From the IMG/VR virus record IMGVR_UViG_3300028591_000105: a DNA stretch of 23,088 nt; one strand, given 5' to 3'. The translations under genes and the position numbers were made by a program. The notes below the pieces were generated by a model, which searched no databases, was not told where the DNA came from, and was given only the letters and a program-made list of their open reading frames with translations. This stretch comes from an uncultured virus (IMG/VR IMGVR_UViG_3300028591_000105). Lineage: Duplodnaviria; Heunggongvirae; Uroviricota; Caudoviricetes. Of this stretch, positions 1 to 8,067 are shown piece after piece (position 1 is the first letter of the stretch; each line of letters begins with the position of its first letter).

Positions 1-41
1 ACAAAAAACTTTATTATATCCTTTACATTTGATTTTGTCAT
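1..41 (-). CDS. Hypothetical protein, N-terminal part only (MTKSNVKDIIKFF...), runs off window
   Basis: ATG at 41 on minus strand preceded by AGGAGAG RBS; directly follows the 60..248 gene. Confidence 0.6.
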   Translation of the reverse strand, partial: MTKSNVKDIIKFF

Positions 42-59
42 TTTTTTCTCTCCTTTTTA

Positions 60-248
60 TTATACTAAACGATAAGACCATTCAATATCATCAATTACAT
101 CATCAAGTTCTTCACCAAGTTCTGCGAGAAATTGCGTTAAAGCACTGTCTAAAATGTCTGTGAGATTTTCCCCTGAAATACGATAATCTCTTTCAAAATA
201 ACCGTCACCGTATCCCTCAATATATGTAATTGTAATTGCATATGTCAT
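60..248 (-). CDS. Small acidic hypothetical phage protein
   Basis: ORF track 60..257; ATG at 248 has GAAAGG RBS; promoter at 280-308. Confidence 0.75.
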   Translation of the reverse strand: MTYAITITYIEGYGDGYFERDYRISGENLTDILDSALTQFLAELGEELDDVIDDIEWSYRLV

Positions 249-279
249 ATTAAACACAACCTTTCTTTACTGTAATTAT

Positions 280-308
280 ATTATACCATATTCTAACTCA
301 ATTGTCAA
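280..308 (-). promoter_or_regulatory. sigmaA-type promoter with extended -10
   Basis: TTGACA-N17-TATAAT with TG upstream of -10 on minus strand. Confidence 0.85.
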
Positions 309-338
309 TGAATATTTTGTAAATATTTTGCGAGATTG

Positions 339-378
339 TTATGAACATCTGCGACGCCGCCGTCGTAACTGTTCATAA
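339..378. repeat. 40-bp intergenic palindrome, copy 1
   Basis: TTATGAACA-tct-GCGACG-ccgc-CGTCGT-aac-TGTTCATAA; related copies at 936, 2489, 4907, 5494. Confidence 0.85.
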
Positions 379-411
379 AAAGTTAAAACGGGCATAATGC
401 CCGCTTTACAT

Positions 412-759
412 TTATACTTCTGTTTCTCCTATCTTTTCCTGAAAATTTATATAATAATCAAGTATCATTTCATATTTTTCAATAACCTCTTCCAGTGTAT
501 ATAACACTAAATCATCAAAAATGAAAATATTATCGACAGAATTTTCATCACTAACATCAAACTGATAAAACTCAACATCATCAAGTCCCGCTGATTCATT
601 GTACAGATAAAGTAAAAAACGTTCCTTATCATCATCAGTGCAGTCTGCAAATTTAAAAGGACGTTCCTCTAAAACTACCTCTTCATAAAAAGTATCAAAG
701 TCAAGTCCATTTTCTACCTCTACCCACTTGTTTTCCTTGTTAAATAACATTATTTTCAT
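412..759 (-). CDS. Highly acidic hypothetical protein (115 aa)
   Basis: ORF with GAAAGGA RBS, own promoter (811-839) and downstream hairpin GCGGGCAT/ATGCCCGT. Confidence 0.85.
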   Translation of the reverse strand: MKIMLFNKENKWVEVENGLDFDTFYEEVVLEERPFKFADCTDDDKERFLLYLYNESAGLDDVEFYQFDVSDENSVDNIFIFDDLVLYTLEEVIEKYEMILDYYINFQEKIGETEV

Positions 760-810
760 GGTATCAATTCCTTTCTGTTTTATAGAGTTTTCTCTCTTTT
801 CTTTAATACT

Positions 811-839
811 ATTATATCACACATAAGCCGTTTTGTCAA
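811..839 (-). promoter_or_regulatory. sigmaA-type promoter
   Basis: TTGACA-N17-TATAAT, TG extended -10; divergent from promoter at 1006. Confidence 0.85.
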
Positions 840-935
840 TGAATAAATTGTAAACTATTTATTAATACTTTTTGCCGCCCTACCACATTCTGTCAGGAAT
901 ACCAATTTTTGGTAGGGCGGCGCTTTGTAACTAAA

Positions 936-975
936 TTGTGAACATATACGATGGCAACGTCGTAAACATTTACAA
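936..975. repeat. 40-bp intergenic palindrome, copy 2
   Basis: TTGTGAACA-tat-ACGATG-gcaa-CGTCGT-aaa-CATTTACAA. Confidence 0.75.
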
Positions 976-1005
976 TTTAAATTCAAATTGTTTACATTTT
1001 ATTCA

Positions 1006-1034
1006 TTGACTTCTGCTCAGATATATGCTATAAT
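1006..1034 (+). promoter_or_regulatory. sigmaA-type promoter
   Basis: TTGACT-N17-TATAAT, TGn extended -10. Confidence 0.85.
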
Positions 1035-1110
1035 ATAATTACAGTAAGGGAGAAAAAACTCCACGAACTGAAAAAATCAAATCCCTATAAGGGTAGAAAG
1101 AGGTATTATT

Positions 1111-1629
1111 ATGAAGATGAACAGAGAGTATTTTAACAAGTTAGCAGACATTATGTTTAATGGTGACGATGAGGTTGACGTTCCCGAAAGTTTTCGTAAA
1201 GCAGTCATGCATGGCGTTATTAAGGGAGAGATAAAAAAGGTAGCAGAGGAACTTTATCCTAATCATAAGCTTCCCAGTATTAGTGCTTCAACCACAATTG
1301 CAAAGAAACTGGGAAGAAATGCTAATCAGGTAGCTTATTATCTTAGTGAGTTAATACATGAAGATGAAATTTTTAATTGGGAATGGGAGCCTACTAATAC
1401 TAAGTCTGCAAAGGTTAATGATTTACTTAACAAGACTTTTTCTGAAAAAAATGTTCAGTACATGGACGTTTATACACTCGCAGAGCTTTTTGATATGACT
1501 GTAAATTCTATCATTGCTTGTGTAAGTAATGCCAATAGTCGTTGTGAAAAGTATTTTATAGAAACTCTGGATTGCTACGATGAAAGAGGTAGACGTATGA
1601 TTTATGTAAAACATTATAAGAACAGATAA
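1111..1629 (+). CDS. Hypothetical protein, possibly with HTH-like segments
   Basis: 172-aa ORF, GAAAGAGG RBS; TIAKKLGRNANQVAYYLSEL and TLAELFDMTVNSI resemble HTH patterns. Confidence 0.8.
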   Translation: MKMNREYFNKLADIMFNGDDEVDVPESFRKAVMHGVIKGEIKKVAEELYPNHKLPSISASTTIAKKLGRNANQVAYYLSELIHEDEIFNWEWEPTNTKSAKVNDLLNKTFSEKNVQYMDVYTLAELFDMTVNSIIACVSNANSRCEKYFIETLDCYDERGRRMIYVKHYKNR

Positions 1630-1633
1630 TCTA

Positions 1634-1661
1634 AAGTGGGCGCAAATGCCCGCTTTCTTTT
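1634..1661 (+). terminator. Intrinsic terminator
   Basis: AAGTGGGCG-caaa-TGCCCGCTT followed by T-tract. Confidence 0.8.
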
Positions 1662-1811
1662 ATCCTAATTATTAACAAAATGTTACAAAATGCCGGCGCG
1701 CCATAATAGAAAATTCATAAAATAAATACAATTTATTGATGATTCTAAAGGTGAGATATGGTATAATATAATTACAGTAAAGGGCAAAACCTAAAGGAAG
1801 GAATTGATATT

Positions 1812-2183
1812 ATGGACTATGTAAAAATTGACGTATATATGGAGCAGATTAATTTTGATTATACCAATCTGTTTAAGATAAGAAGGCACAGAAGCTTTTC
1901 AAGTATGGAACTTCTTTATGCTCATCTTCTTTCATCGTGTATCTCAGTTGTTGAAATGGACACAACTAAGATTGAAGATGAAACGAATAAACTTAAAGAG
2001 AAATTAAAGAATAGAGCAATAGAAATTTTACAGCATAGATTTAAAGATTTTGAGCTTAAAGATATTGATTTTAATATAACTTTAAAACAAGCAAGTGAAC
2101 AAACTGCTGAATGGTGTGTCAAAAATTTAACTATTCCGCAGTTAGTTAATATGGGTATATCAATAGTAAATGGCGAAGATTAA
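1812..2183 (+). CDS. Hypothetical protein (123 aa)
   Basis: ORF with GGAAGGA RBS and upstream TGGTATAAT -10 at 1759-1767. Confidence 0.8.
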   Translation: MDYVKIDVYMEQINFDYTNLFKIRRHRSFSSMELLYAHLLSSCISVVEMDTTKIEDETNKLKEKLKNRAIEILQHRFKDFELKDIDFNITLKQASEQTAEWCVKNLTIPQLVNMGISIVNGED

Positions 2184-2196
2184 GGAGGAATTTGTT

Positions 2197-2466
2197 ATGA
2201 TGTCAACTGGAATAATTAGAAGAGTAGACGATTTGGGGCGAGTTGTAATACCAGGAGAGATTCGCCGCTCAATGGGAATAAGAGAGGGCGAGCCACTCGA
2301 AATTTATACTGACCCTGAAACAAATTCGGTGGTATTTAGAAAGCACATAAAAGTTAGTTTTTCGGAGGCTCTTTCAAATCTTATTGAAGATTATGAAATT
2401 GATGAGCAAGCGAAAAATATCATTTCTGAAATTGCCAAAATTTTAATAAAGGAAGATGAGGGGTAA
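2197..2466 (+). CDS. AbrB/SpoVT-family swapped-hairpin transcription regulator
   Basis: STGIIRRVDDLGRVVIPGEIRRSMGIREGEPLEIY is the AbrB/SpoVT N-terminal DNA-binding signature; AGGAGG RBS favours ATG 2197. Confidence 0.92.
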   Translation: MMSTGIIRRVDDLGRVVIPGEIRRSMGIREGEPLEIYTDPETNSVVFRKHIKVSFSEALSNLIEDYEIDEQAKNIISEIAKILIKEDEG

Positions 2467-2488
2467 TACCCCTCATTTTATTGCTAAT

Positions 2489-2528
2489 TTATGAACACTC
2501 GCGACGCCGCCGTCGTAAAGATTCACAC
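2489..2528. repeat. 40-bp intergenic palindrome, copy 3
   Basis: TTATGAACA-ctc-GCGACGCCGCCGTCGT-aaa-GATTCACAC; core identical to copy 1. Confidence 0.85.
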
Positions 2529-2558
2529 CCCTATAAAATAAAATTTACAATTTATTCA

Positions 2559-2587
2559 TTGACTTTTATTTCAAAATATGTTATAAT
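2559..2587 (+). promoter_or_regulatory. sigmaA-type promoter
   Basis: TTGACT-N17-TATAAT. Confidence 0.85.
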
Positions 2588-2644
2588 AAATATAGAAAAT
2601 AAGACAGATGATAAAGTCTTAAAAACATAGAAAGAGGTATTATT

Positions 2645-3091
2645 ATGATGTATGAAGTAACTTTTAAACTCCCTGAAAATGCAACTTTTACGACTAAGGT
2701 TATGGCAAAAGACAAGGATACGGCAGAAGACATTGCTATTGAGGCATTGATGAATAATATTACTACTACTGAAATCAAAGCGCAGAAAATTGACGGCAAC
2801 GCTATCCTCGATTGGGTAACGGATAATATGCCTAATACAAGCGAAATCCTTTTCCGTACTGATGATACCGCTATAATTTTTAGCACATACAACAAAGCAC
2901 AGATGACAGATTTGGCTAATCGTCTTTATTCTGCTTTTGAAGATTTTGCAAAAGATAATTACGATGAAGATTGCAACACCGCGGAAGGCTTGTTTAATTT
3001 CTGCATAACAAAAGAAGCGCCTGATTTTGGTGATGTTTGCTCTATCTATTATAAAGACGATTTTGACGGTAATTTTATCTTTGCATTTTAA
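2645..3091 (+). CDS. Acidic hypothetical protein (148 aa)
   Basis: ORF with GAAAGAGG RBS behind promoter 2559. Confidence 0.85.
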   Translation: MMYEVTFKLPENATFTTKVMAKDKDTAEDIAIEALMNNITTTEIKAQKIDGNAILDWVTDNMPNTSEILFRTDDTAIIFSTYNKAQMTDLANRLYSAFEDFAKDNYDEDCNTAEGLFNFCITKEAPDFGDVCSIYYKDDFDGNFIFAF

Positions 3092-3106
3092 AAGGAGTGA
3101 TATAAA

Positions 3107-3214
3107 ATGTTCATTCTCGGTTATATTCACGGTATAGTTAGTAAACTTTACTTTTGCAATTCGCCGCCCTTTGAAATGATAGTACAATATCTAATTTTAA
3201 AAGGAGTGATGTAA
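3107..3214 (+). CDS. Small hypothetical protein (35 aa)
   Basis: AAGGAG RBS then MFILGYIHGIVSKLYFCNSPPFEMIVQYLILKGVM*; below ORF-track cutoff. Confidence 0.5.
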   Translation: MFILGYIHGIVSKLYFCNSPPFEMIVQYLILKGVM

Positions 3215-3367
3215 ATGGTAACATTTTGTAAGCGTGACGGCAAGCGAATAAAGATTACCAAAAAGCAATTCAGAAATTATTTCCTCAAACTCAAAGCATT
3301 TAATGATGCTAAAAAGGAAATGAAAATAATTGAAGAATCCATACAAATGGAAAATAAGGGAGAGTAA
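3215..3367 (+). CDS. Small basic hypothetical protein (50 aa)
   Basis: AAGGAG RBS, MVTFCKRDGKRIKITKKQF...; stop lies in terminator loop. Confidence 0.65.
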   Translation: MVTFCKRDGKRIKITKKQFRNYFLKLKAFNDAKKEMKIIEESIQMENKGE

Positions 3368-3458
3368 TCTTCCTTATTTTATTAATAAAATGTTACCGCA
3401 CCGGCGCAGAGTGCCGTGAAGTTAATGCTTAGGTAAAGTAAAGTTTACAATTTATTCA

Positions 3459-3487
3459 TTGACAAACAAAAGAAAGTATGATATAAT
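3459..3487 (+). promoter_or_regulatory. sigmaA-type promoter
   Basis: TTGACA-N17-TATAAT. Confidence 0.85.
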
Positions 3488-3513
3488 AGAATTATAGAAA
3501 GGAAGTTGATATT

Positions 3514-3813
3514 ATGAAATGGAATTTTCTTGGAGTTGAGCCTGATTTTGATTATTTCAAGCCTATTGACTTTTGCGGCGACTGGCTTAATGTTATCATG
3601 AATCTTTCTGAGAAAAGTAAAAGAGAGGAGTTAAAAACATACGATACTCCATTTAAAGTCACTATTAGTGTTATAATTGTAATACTAATTATATTTATTT
3701 CTATCATTTTCTCCATTATCGCAATGATAATATATTATGGTACTTTTCCTATAAGATTTTTAGTAGATATTATTTGTGCATTATATGCAAAATTCTCAGA
3801 GATTTTTTATTAA
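3514..3813 (+). CDS. Small membrane protein (99 aa)
   Basis: Long hydrophobic segment VTISVIIVILIIFISIIFSIIAMIIYY; GAAAGGA RBS. Confidence 0.8.
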   Translation: MKWNFLGVEPDFDYFKPIDFCGDWLNVIMNLSEKSKREELKTYDTPFKVTISVIIVILIIFISIIFSIIAMIIYYGTFPIRFLVDIICALYAKFSEIFY

Positions 3814-3822
3814 CAATGTCAA

Positions 3823-3851
3823 TTGACAAATGCCCGCTAATATGATATAAT
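3823..3851 (+). promoter_or_regulatory. sigmaA-type promoter
   Basis: TTGACA-N17-TATAAT. Confidence 0.85.
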
Positions 3852-3877
3852 AATATATAGAAAGAGAGGTAATAACT

Positions 3878-4066
3878 ATGAGTGAATTTTTCAGATTAGT
3901 AGACTGGTATAACGGTTATGAAGATGAGGTATGCGTATCTAACTCTGCGGAGCGTATAATCCATGAGTATGACAAAAGAGTAGAGGACACGGACGGCGAA
4001 TGTAACCTTACTATCTATGATGACCAAGGAACAGAGTTACATCTATTTAAAGATGTGCGGGAGTAA
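3878..4066 (+). CDS. Small acidic hypothetical protein (62 aa)
   Basis: ORF with GAGAGG RBS, own promoter and terminator. Confidence 0.8.
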   Translation: MSEFFRLVDWYNGYEDEVCVSNSAERIIHEYDKRVEDTDGECNLTIYDDQGTELHLFKDVRE

Positions 4067-4187
4067 TCTCGCATTTTTTTTCTATAGCATATAGCCAAAG
4101 TATTATTAAATTATGAACAGCGCGCCGGCAGAGGTTAGCATATGCCAACCGCACAGAAAGTTCAGAAAACTTTGTGCAATTTACCTA

Positions 4188-4216
4188 TTGCAATTCTTTT
4201 TAAAATATGCTATAAT
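4188..4216 (+). promoter_or_regulatory. sigmaA-type promoter
   Basis: TTGCAA-N17-TATAAT preceded by AACTTTGTGCAA box. Confidence 0.8.
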
Positions 4217-4247
4217 ATATATAGAAAAATAGAAAGGACTTGATATA

Positions 4248-4679
4248 ATGAACAAAATCATCAACTTTGACCTTGACGGCACAATTGCTGACCTCTACGG
4301 TGTGACTAACTGGCTTGATTATCTTGAAAGAAGTGACCCTTATCCTTATGCAACCGCTAAACCCCTTGTCAATATGTCTGCACTTGCAAAAGTATTAAAC
4401 AAGCTCCGCCGCGAGGGGTGGACAGTTAATATAATATCATGGCTGTCAAAAACTTCCACCCCTGAATATGACAAAGCGGTTACAACTGCTAAAAAGAAGT
4501 GGTTAGGCAAACATTTGAAAAGTGTCAAGTTTGATAATATTTACATAGTGCCTTATGGTACACCTAAGTACACATTATCAAGTGGCATACTTTTTGATGA
4601 TGAAATAGGAAACCGCACCACATGGCAGGGGAAGGCGTATGACGTTGATAATATAATAGGTGTACTTCGTACACTTTAA
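4248..4679 (+). CDS. HAD-superfamily phosphatase, 5'(3')-deoxyribonucleotidase-like
   Basis: HAD motif I FDLDGT, motif II IIS, conserved K (AKKKWL) and motif IV LFDD. Confidence 0.8.
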   Translation: MNKIINFDLDGTIADLYGVTNWLDYLERSDPYPYATAKPLVNMSALAKVLNKLRREGWTVNIISWLSKTSTPEYDKAVTTAKKKWLGKHLKSVKFDNIYIVPYGTPKYTLSSGILFDDEIGNRTTWQGKAYDVDNIIGVLRTL

Positions 4680-4695
4680 GTAAAGGAGAGATAAT

Positions 4696-4860
4696 ATGAA
4701 ATTTACTGTTGAACTTTCTGCATTTGCAAGTTATGACGGACTTGAATATGACCATGAGCCAACCGCAGAGGAATTAGATGAATTTATTGACTTATTCATA
4801 AACGGTATACAAGATGGTTATTTTGATGTTGATATTCTTTGTTATGAGGAGGACGAGTAA
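4696..4860 (+). CDS. Small very acidic protein (54 aa)
   Basis: AAGGAG RBS; MKFTVELSAFASYDGLEYDHEPTAEELDEFIDLFINGIQDGYFDVDILCYEEDE*. Confidence 0.75.
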   Translation: MKFTVELSAFASYDGLEYDHEPTAEELDEFIDLFINGIQDGYFDVDILCYEEDE

Positions 4861-4906
4861 TCGTTCTCTTTTTATTAATTAGTTAAAAATTTTAATTATG
4901 TCCAGT

Positions 4907-4945
4907 TTACGAACACTGCGACGGTGCGCGTCGCACAGTTCATAG
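4907..4945. repeat. Intergenic palindrome, copy 4
   Basis: TTACGAAC-ac-TGCGACG-gtgcg-CGTCGCA-ca-GTTCATAG. Confidence 0.75.
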
Positions 4946-4996
4946 TCCTGCCGCGCTTCGTTCACAAACTTTTTACAATTAAATTTTCTAAACCTA

Positions 4997-5025
4997 TTGA
5001 CAAATCAAAGTATATGTGCTATAAT
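4997..5025 (+). promoter_or_regulatory. sigmaA-type promoter
   Basis: TTGACA-N17-TATAAT. Confidence 0.85.
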
Positions 5026-5067
5026 ATATATAGTAAAGGGGATAACCCAAAGAAAGGAAATGATACC

Positions 5068-5193
5068 ATGAAGAAGTCTCAGTACAAAAAGACTACAATT
5101 CATGTAGCACAGGCTTATACTTATATGAAGCCTTTTAAGAGGTACGCACATAAGACCACACGGCAGAGTTTAAAGAAATTTGATAAGGAGTGA
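5068..5193 (+). CDS. Small basic protein (41 aa)
   Basis: GAAAGGA RBS before ATG 5068; the track's longer 4924 start overlaps the promoter. Confidence 0.7.
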   Translation: MKKSQYKKTTIHVAQAYTYMKPFKRYAHKTTRQSLKKFDKE

Positions 5194-5197
5194 TAAT

Positions 5198-5452
5198 ATG
5201 ACATTTAAGGAAATCATGCAGAACATCATTTGTTGGACTGAAACTACTGAATGGATAGCAGATAACATTAGTTATCTATTCTGTAGTAGGGTAGGAAAAA
5301 TCAAAGATGAATACTACTCAGAATATCGAGAAAGAGGTAGCAATATAGGAATTATTCGACCAAATTTCTTTTTCAGAACTTATATGTTTAAGCCAAAAGA
5401 TAAAGATTATTCTTATCCAATATATCGTGGTTATGTAGAAAAGTTAAACTAA
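5198..5452 (+). CDS. Hypothetical protein (84 aa)
   Basis: AAGGAG RBS before ATG 5198; terminator hairpin at 5457-5479. Confidence 0.75.
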   Translation: MTFKEIMQNIICWTETTEWIADNISYLFCSRVGKIKDEYYSEYRERGSNIGIIRPNFFFRTYMFKPKDKDYSYPIYRGYVEKLN

Positions 5453-5493
5453 CTCAAAGCGGGCGTTAAGTCCGCTTTTCTATTGTTATTAAA

Positions 5494-5533
5494 TTGTGAA
5501 CATCGCGGCGCGGCACTGTCGCACCATTCATAC
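5494..5533. repeat. Intergenic palindrome, copy 5
   Basis: TTGTGAACA-tc-GCGGCG-cggcac-TGTCGC-acc-ATTCATAC. Confidence 0.7.
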
Positions 5534-5594
5534 TTTCGTCACATTTGCCGCAGGCGGCGTGAAATGTATCCTAACAAATTCATAAAAAGTTTAC

Positions 5595-5623
5595 TTGACA
5601 AATTAGTATATGTGTGCTATAAT
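5595..5623 (+). promoter_or_regulatory. sigmaA-type promoter
   Basis: TTGACA-N17-TATAAT. Confidence 0.85.
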
Positions 5624-5649
5624 AGAATCATAGAAAGGAAGGTGTTACT

Positions 5650-5850
5650 ATGAATTGGTACACATTAAAAGCAGAGTTTAACGAAAAATTTCCTAACTGG
5701 ACAATAAAAATTGACCCGCCTTGTATTTCTAATACTCGCTATACTCATTACTACTATGAAGTTCTTGCGAACGTATTAGGTAAGAAAAATTCTTACAAGG
5801 GTTATATTGATATTGACGAAGACCACAAACTCATCGTACTTCACAGATAA
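5650..5850 (+). CDS. Hypothetical protein (66 aa)
   Basis: ORF with GGAAGG RBS and own promoter. Confidence 0.75.
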   Translation: MNWYTLKAEFNEKFPNWTIKIDPPCISNTRYTHYYYEVLANVLGKKNSYKGYIDIDEDHKLIVLHR

Positions 5851-5870
5851 AAGTTTGTGCAAAATGCCAA

Positions 5871-5899
5871 TTGACAATTAACCTAAAATGTAGTATAAT
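5871..5899 (+). promoter_or_regulatory. sigmaA-type promoter
   Basis: TTGACA-N17-TATAAT preceded by TTTGTGCAAAATG box. Confidence 0.85.
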
Positions 5900-5919
5900 A
5901 GTATACAGAAAGAGAGGTA

Positions 5920-6393
5920 ATGCACATGGCAAAATTCGATATTTCCAACATTACAAAATCAACCGAGGTCGGCGCGTATCTGAAAAAATCAATTTCAGAA
6001 ATCTGCTATAATGCACTTGCCGCAGAATTAGGCGAAGAATTTGTTCGTTTACTTGAATTTGAAATTGTTGCAAGTCCCGATGATGATACTGATGTAACTA
6101 TCAAAAAGAATGCAGTTATTGCAGAGTGTGCAGATACAATCGACAAGGACGGCTTTCCCGTGGGAATACTTGCGGAAATTAATGTCACTATCAAAAAGTG
6201 GAATCCAACTTATTCCAAAAAGGATAATATTTCTCATTCTGCCGTCACTCTTGCTGATGTAGATATTGGCATTGAAAATGCCGCCGAAGTTGAGAAGGCA
6301 AAAGCAGAAAAGAAGGAACGTGAAAAGCAAGCAAAGGAAAAGAAAATTGCCGCAGATAAGGCAAGGAGAGAGAAAAAGGCGAAGGGGAGTTAA
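5920..6393 (+). CDS. Hypothetical protein with K/E/A-rich C-terminal helix; paralog of 12778 and 13251 genes
   Basis: ORF with GAGAGG RBS; shared motifs DI/LxNIxK, DxDGF, TxKxW with the 12778 gene. Confidence 0.85.
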   Translation: MHMAKFDISNITKSTEVGAYLKKSISEICYNALAAELGEEFVRLLEFEIVASPDDDTDVTIKKNAVIAECADTIDKDGFPVGILAEINVTIKKWNPTYSKKDNISHSAVTLADVDIGIENAAEVEKAKAEKKEREKQAKEKKIAADKARREKKAKGS

Positions 6394-6397
6394 TAAT

Positions 6398-6592
6398 ATG
6401 AAGTGTAAAATTTGTAAAAATAAAACCACTTGGGACGAAAGTTTTGGCAGAGAAAATTATATAGTTTGTCCTAATTGTTTAATTAGGTTAGCAAATAGTG
6501 TAGATAGATGTGACAGTGAAGACGGACGGGATATCGCACTAAATATGATTTTTGAAATAAGTAAAATTAAAAAGGAAGCGAAAGGGGAGTAA
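6398..6592 (+). CDS. Small zinc-finger protein (CxxC...CxxC, 64 aa)
   Basis: MKCKIC...VCPNC; GGGGAG RBS before ATG 6398. Confidence 0.75.
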   Translation: MKCKICKNKTTWDESFGRENYIVCPNCLIRLANSVDRCDSEDGRDIALNMIFEISKIKKEAKGE

Positions 6593-6745
6593 TCCCCTTT
6601 TGCTTTTATGAATTAGTTAAAAGTTTTAATTATTGCCAAACTATGAATGCTGCCCGGCGCAGTGTCGCGCTTTCGCACGTTAAAGCGTTAAACTGCCCAT
6701 GCAAAGATCACTCTATTTTCACCGAAACTTTGTGCAAAATGACTA

Positions 6746-6774
6746 TTGACATTTACTCTTTACTATGCTATAAT
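6746..6774 (+). promoter_or_regulatory. sigmaA-type promoter
   Basis: TTGACA-N17-TATAAT preceded by AACTTTGTGCAAAATG box. Confidence 0.85.
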
Positions 6775-6847
6775 ATTAGTACAAGGAACGGACAGACAGC
6801 CAACAAAGTTGACAAATCACAGCCGTTTCAGAAAGAGAGGTTAATAA

Positions 6848-7573
6848 TTGAAAAAGTTTATTGTGCTTGACACAGAAGGGTATTCGACTTGTAGACCATA
6901 TAATATAGGTTTTTTAGTCGGTGATAAATCGGGAAAAACCTATGAGGAACGCAATTATGCAATTATGCCTGCGCTCTATGATAATATGGAATACAAGTAC
7001 GAAAAAAAGGACGTTAAGGGCTTGCAGATAGCGCATGAAATGTTGCATCGTAACGGCAAGGAAATTATGTACAATGAGAACGAAAAGTACACAATTGTGC
7101 ATGATGTCAACAAGATTTTCCATGACCTTATTGAAATAATCACCCGATACAAAATCAAGCGACTTTGGGCATATAATTGCACCTTTGACGAAAGTGAAAT
7201 GTATCTGTTGTTTGGTTATGATAATATGGAGATTTTGAAAAATCTTGTGACTTTTTGCGATATTATCCCCGCTATTCTTTATACCAAACTTTTATCAAAT
7301 GAGTATGTGGAGTTTTGTAAGAAAAATAATTATCTAACAGAAAAAGGTAATATTCGCACTAAAGCAGAAACCGTTTACCGTTATCTGACAGGAAACTTGA
7401 CTTTTGTTGAGGAACACACCGCACTTTCAGATTGTTACATTGAGTTTCAGATTCTTTTATCTGCAATGGCAGAAACCAAAAATCCAAAAAGACAGCCTTG
7501 CCAAGCATGGAGGGTTCTGCAAAAATTTTGTGAAAGCGAAAATATTTATATCCCTGCACTTGACAAAAGTTAA
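6848..7573 (+). CDS. DEDDh (DnaQ-like) 3'-5' exonuclease
   Basis: ExoI LDTEG, ExoII AYNCTFD, ExoIII HTALSD; TTG start with GAGAGG RBS. Confidence 0.88.
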   Translation: MKKFIVLDTEGYSTCRPYNIGFLVGDKSGKTYEERNYAIMPALYDNMEYKYEKKDVKGLQIAHEMLHRNGKEIMYNENEKYTIVHDVNKIFHDLIEIITRYKIKRLWAYNCTFDESEMYLLFGYDNMEILKNLVTFCDIIPAILYTKLLSNEYVEFCKKNNYLTEKGNIRTKAETVYRYLTGNLTFVEEHTALSDCYIEFQILLSAMAETKNPKRQPCQAWRVLQKFCESENIYIPALDKS

Positions 7574-7795
7574 ATGAAGTGCGCTCTCGGGCGCACTTTT
7601 CTTTTTCTAAGTTCACATGAACTTGTGCCGTCTTTAGTACATATCGAACAAATGTTCGGGCGCTGGCACTATGTATAAATTATAACCTAACTATTAATAA
7701 AACATGAACAGTGTCCGGGCGGTGCGGCGGATCAGCGCTTTAAACCCCTAAAGTCAACCGTAACCAAATTGTAATAATTTGTAATCAAAATGTCA

Positions 7796-7824
7796 TTGAC
7801 TTTTTTCTGAAAATGGTGTATAAT
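7796..7824 (+). promoter_or_regulatory. sigmaA-type promoter with no downstream ORF
   Basis: TTGACT-N17-TATAAT. Confidence 0.8.
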
Positions 7825-7830
7825 ATATAT

Positions 7831-7912
7831 GTAAGGTTGAGGGAGACAAGGCGACCTAAGCACTAAGACCGCGGATTTGTGTGATAAACGGTGAAGCACT
7901 CCCAAAACTTAC
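7831..7912 (+). ncRNA. Candidate ~80-nt small RNA
   Basis: Begins at expected TSS of promoter 7796; ends pair (GTAAG/CTTAC, GGGAG/CTCCC); no RBS-ATG ORF. Confidence 0.5.
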
Positions 7913-7959
7913 AAAATTTTCTTTCATAAAAAGTTCATAAAATCTTTTCAGAAAGTTAA

Positions 7960-7988
7960 TTGACTTTCTTAAAGATATGTGATATAAT
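7960..7988 (+). promoter_or_regulatory. sigmaA-type promoter
   Basis: TTGACT-N17-TATAAT. Confidence 0.85.
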
Positions 7989-8067
7989 AAGTATAGAGAA
8001 AAGGGAAAAGCCCTTAACTCAAACCGATTGAGAGCCGAACTCATAAAAACGGAGAAAGAGGTAAATT

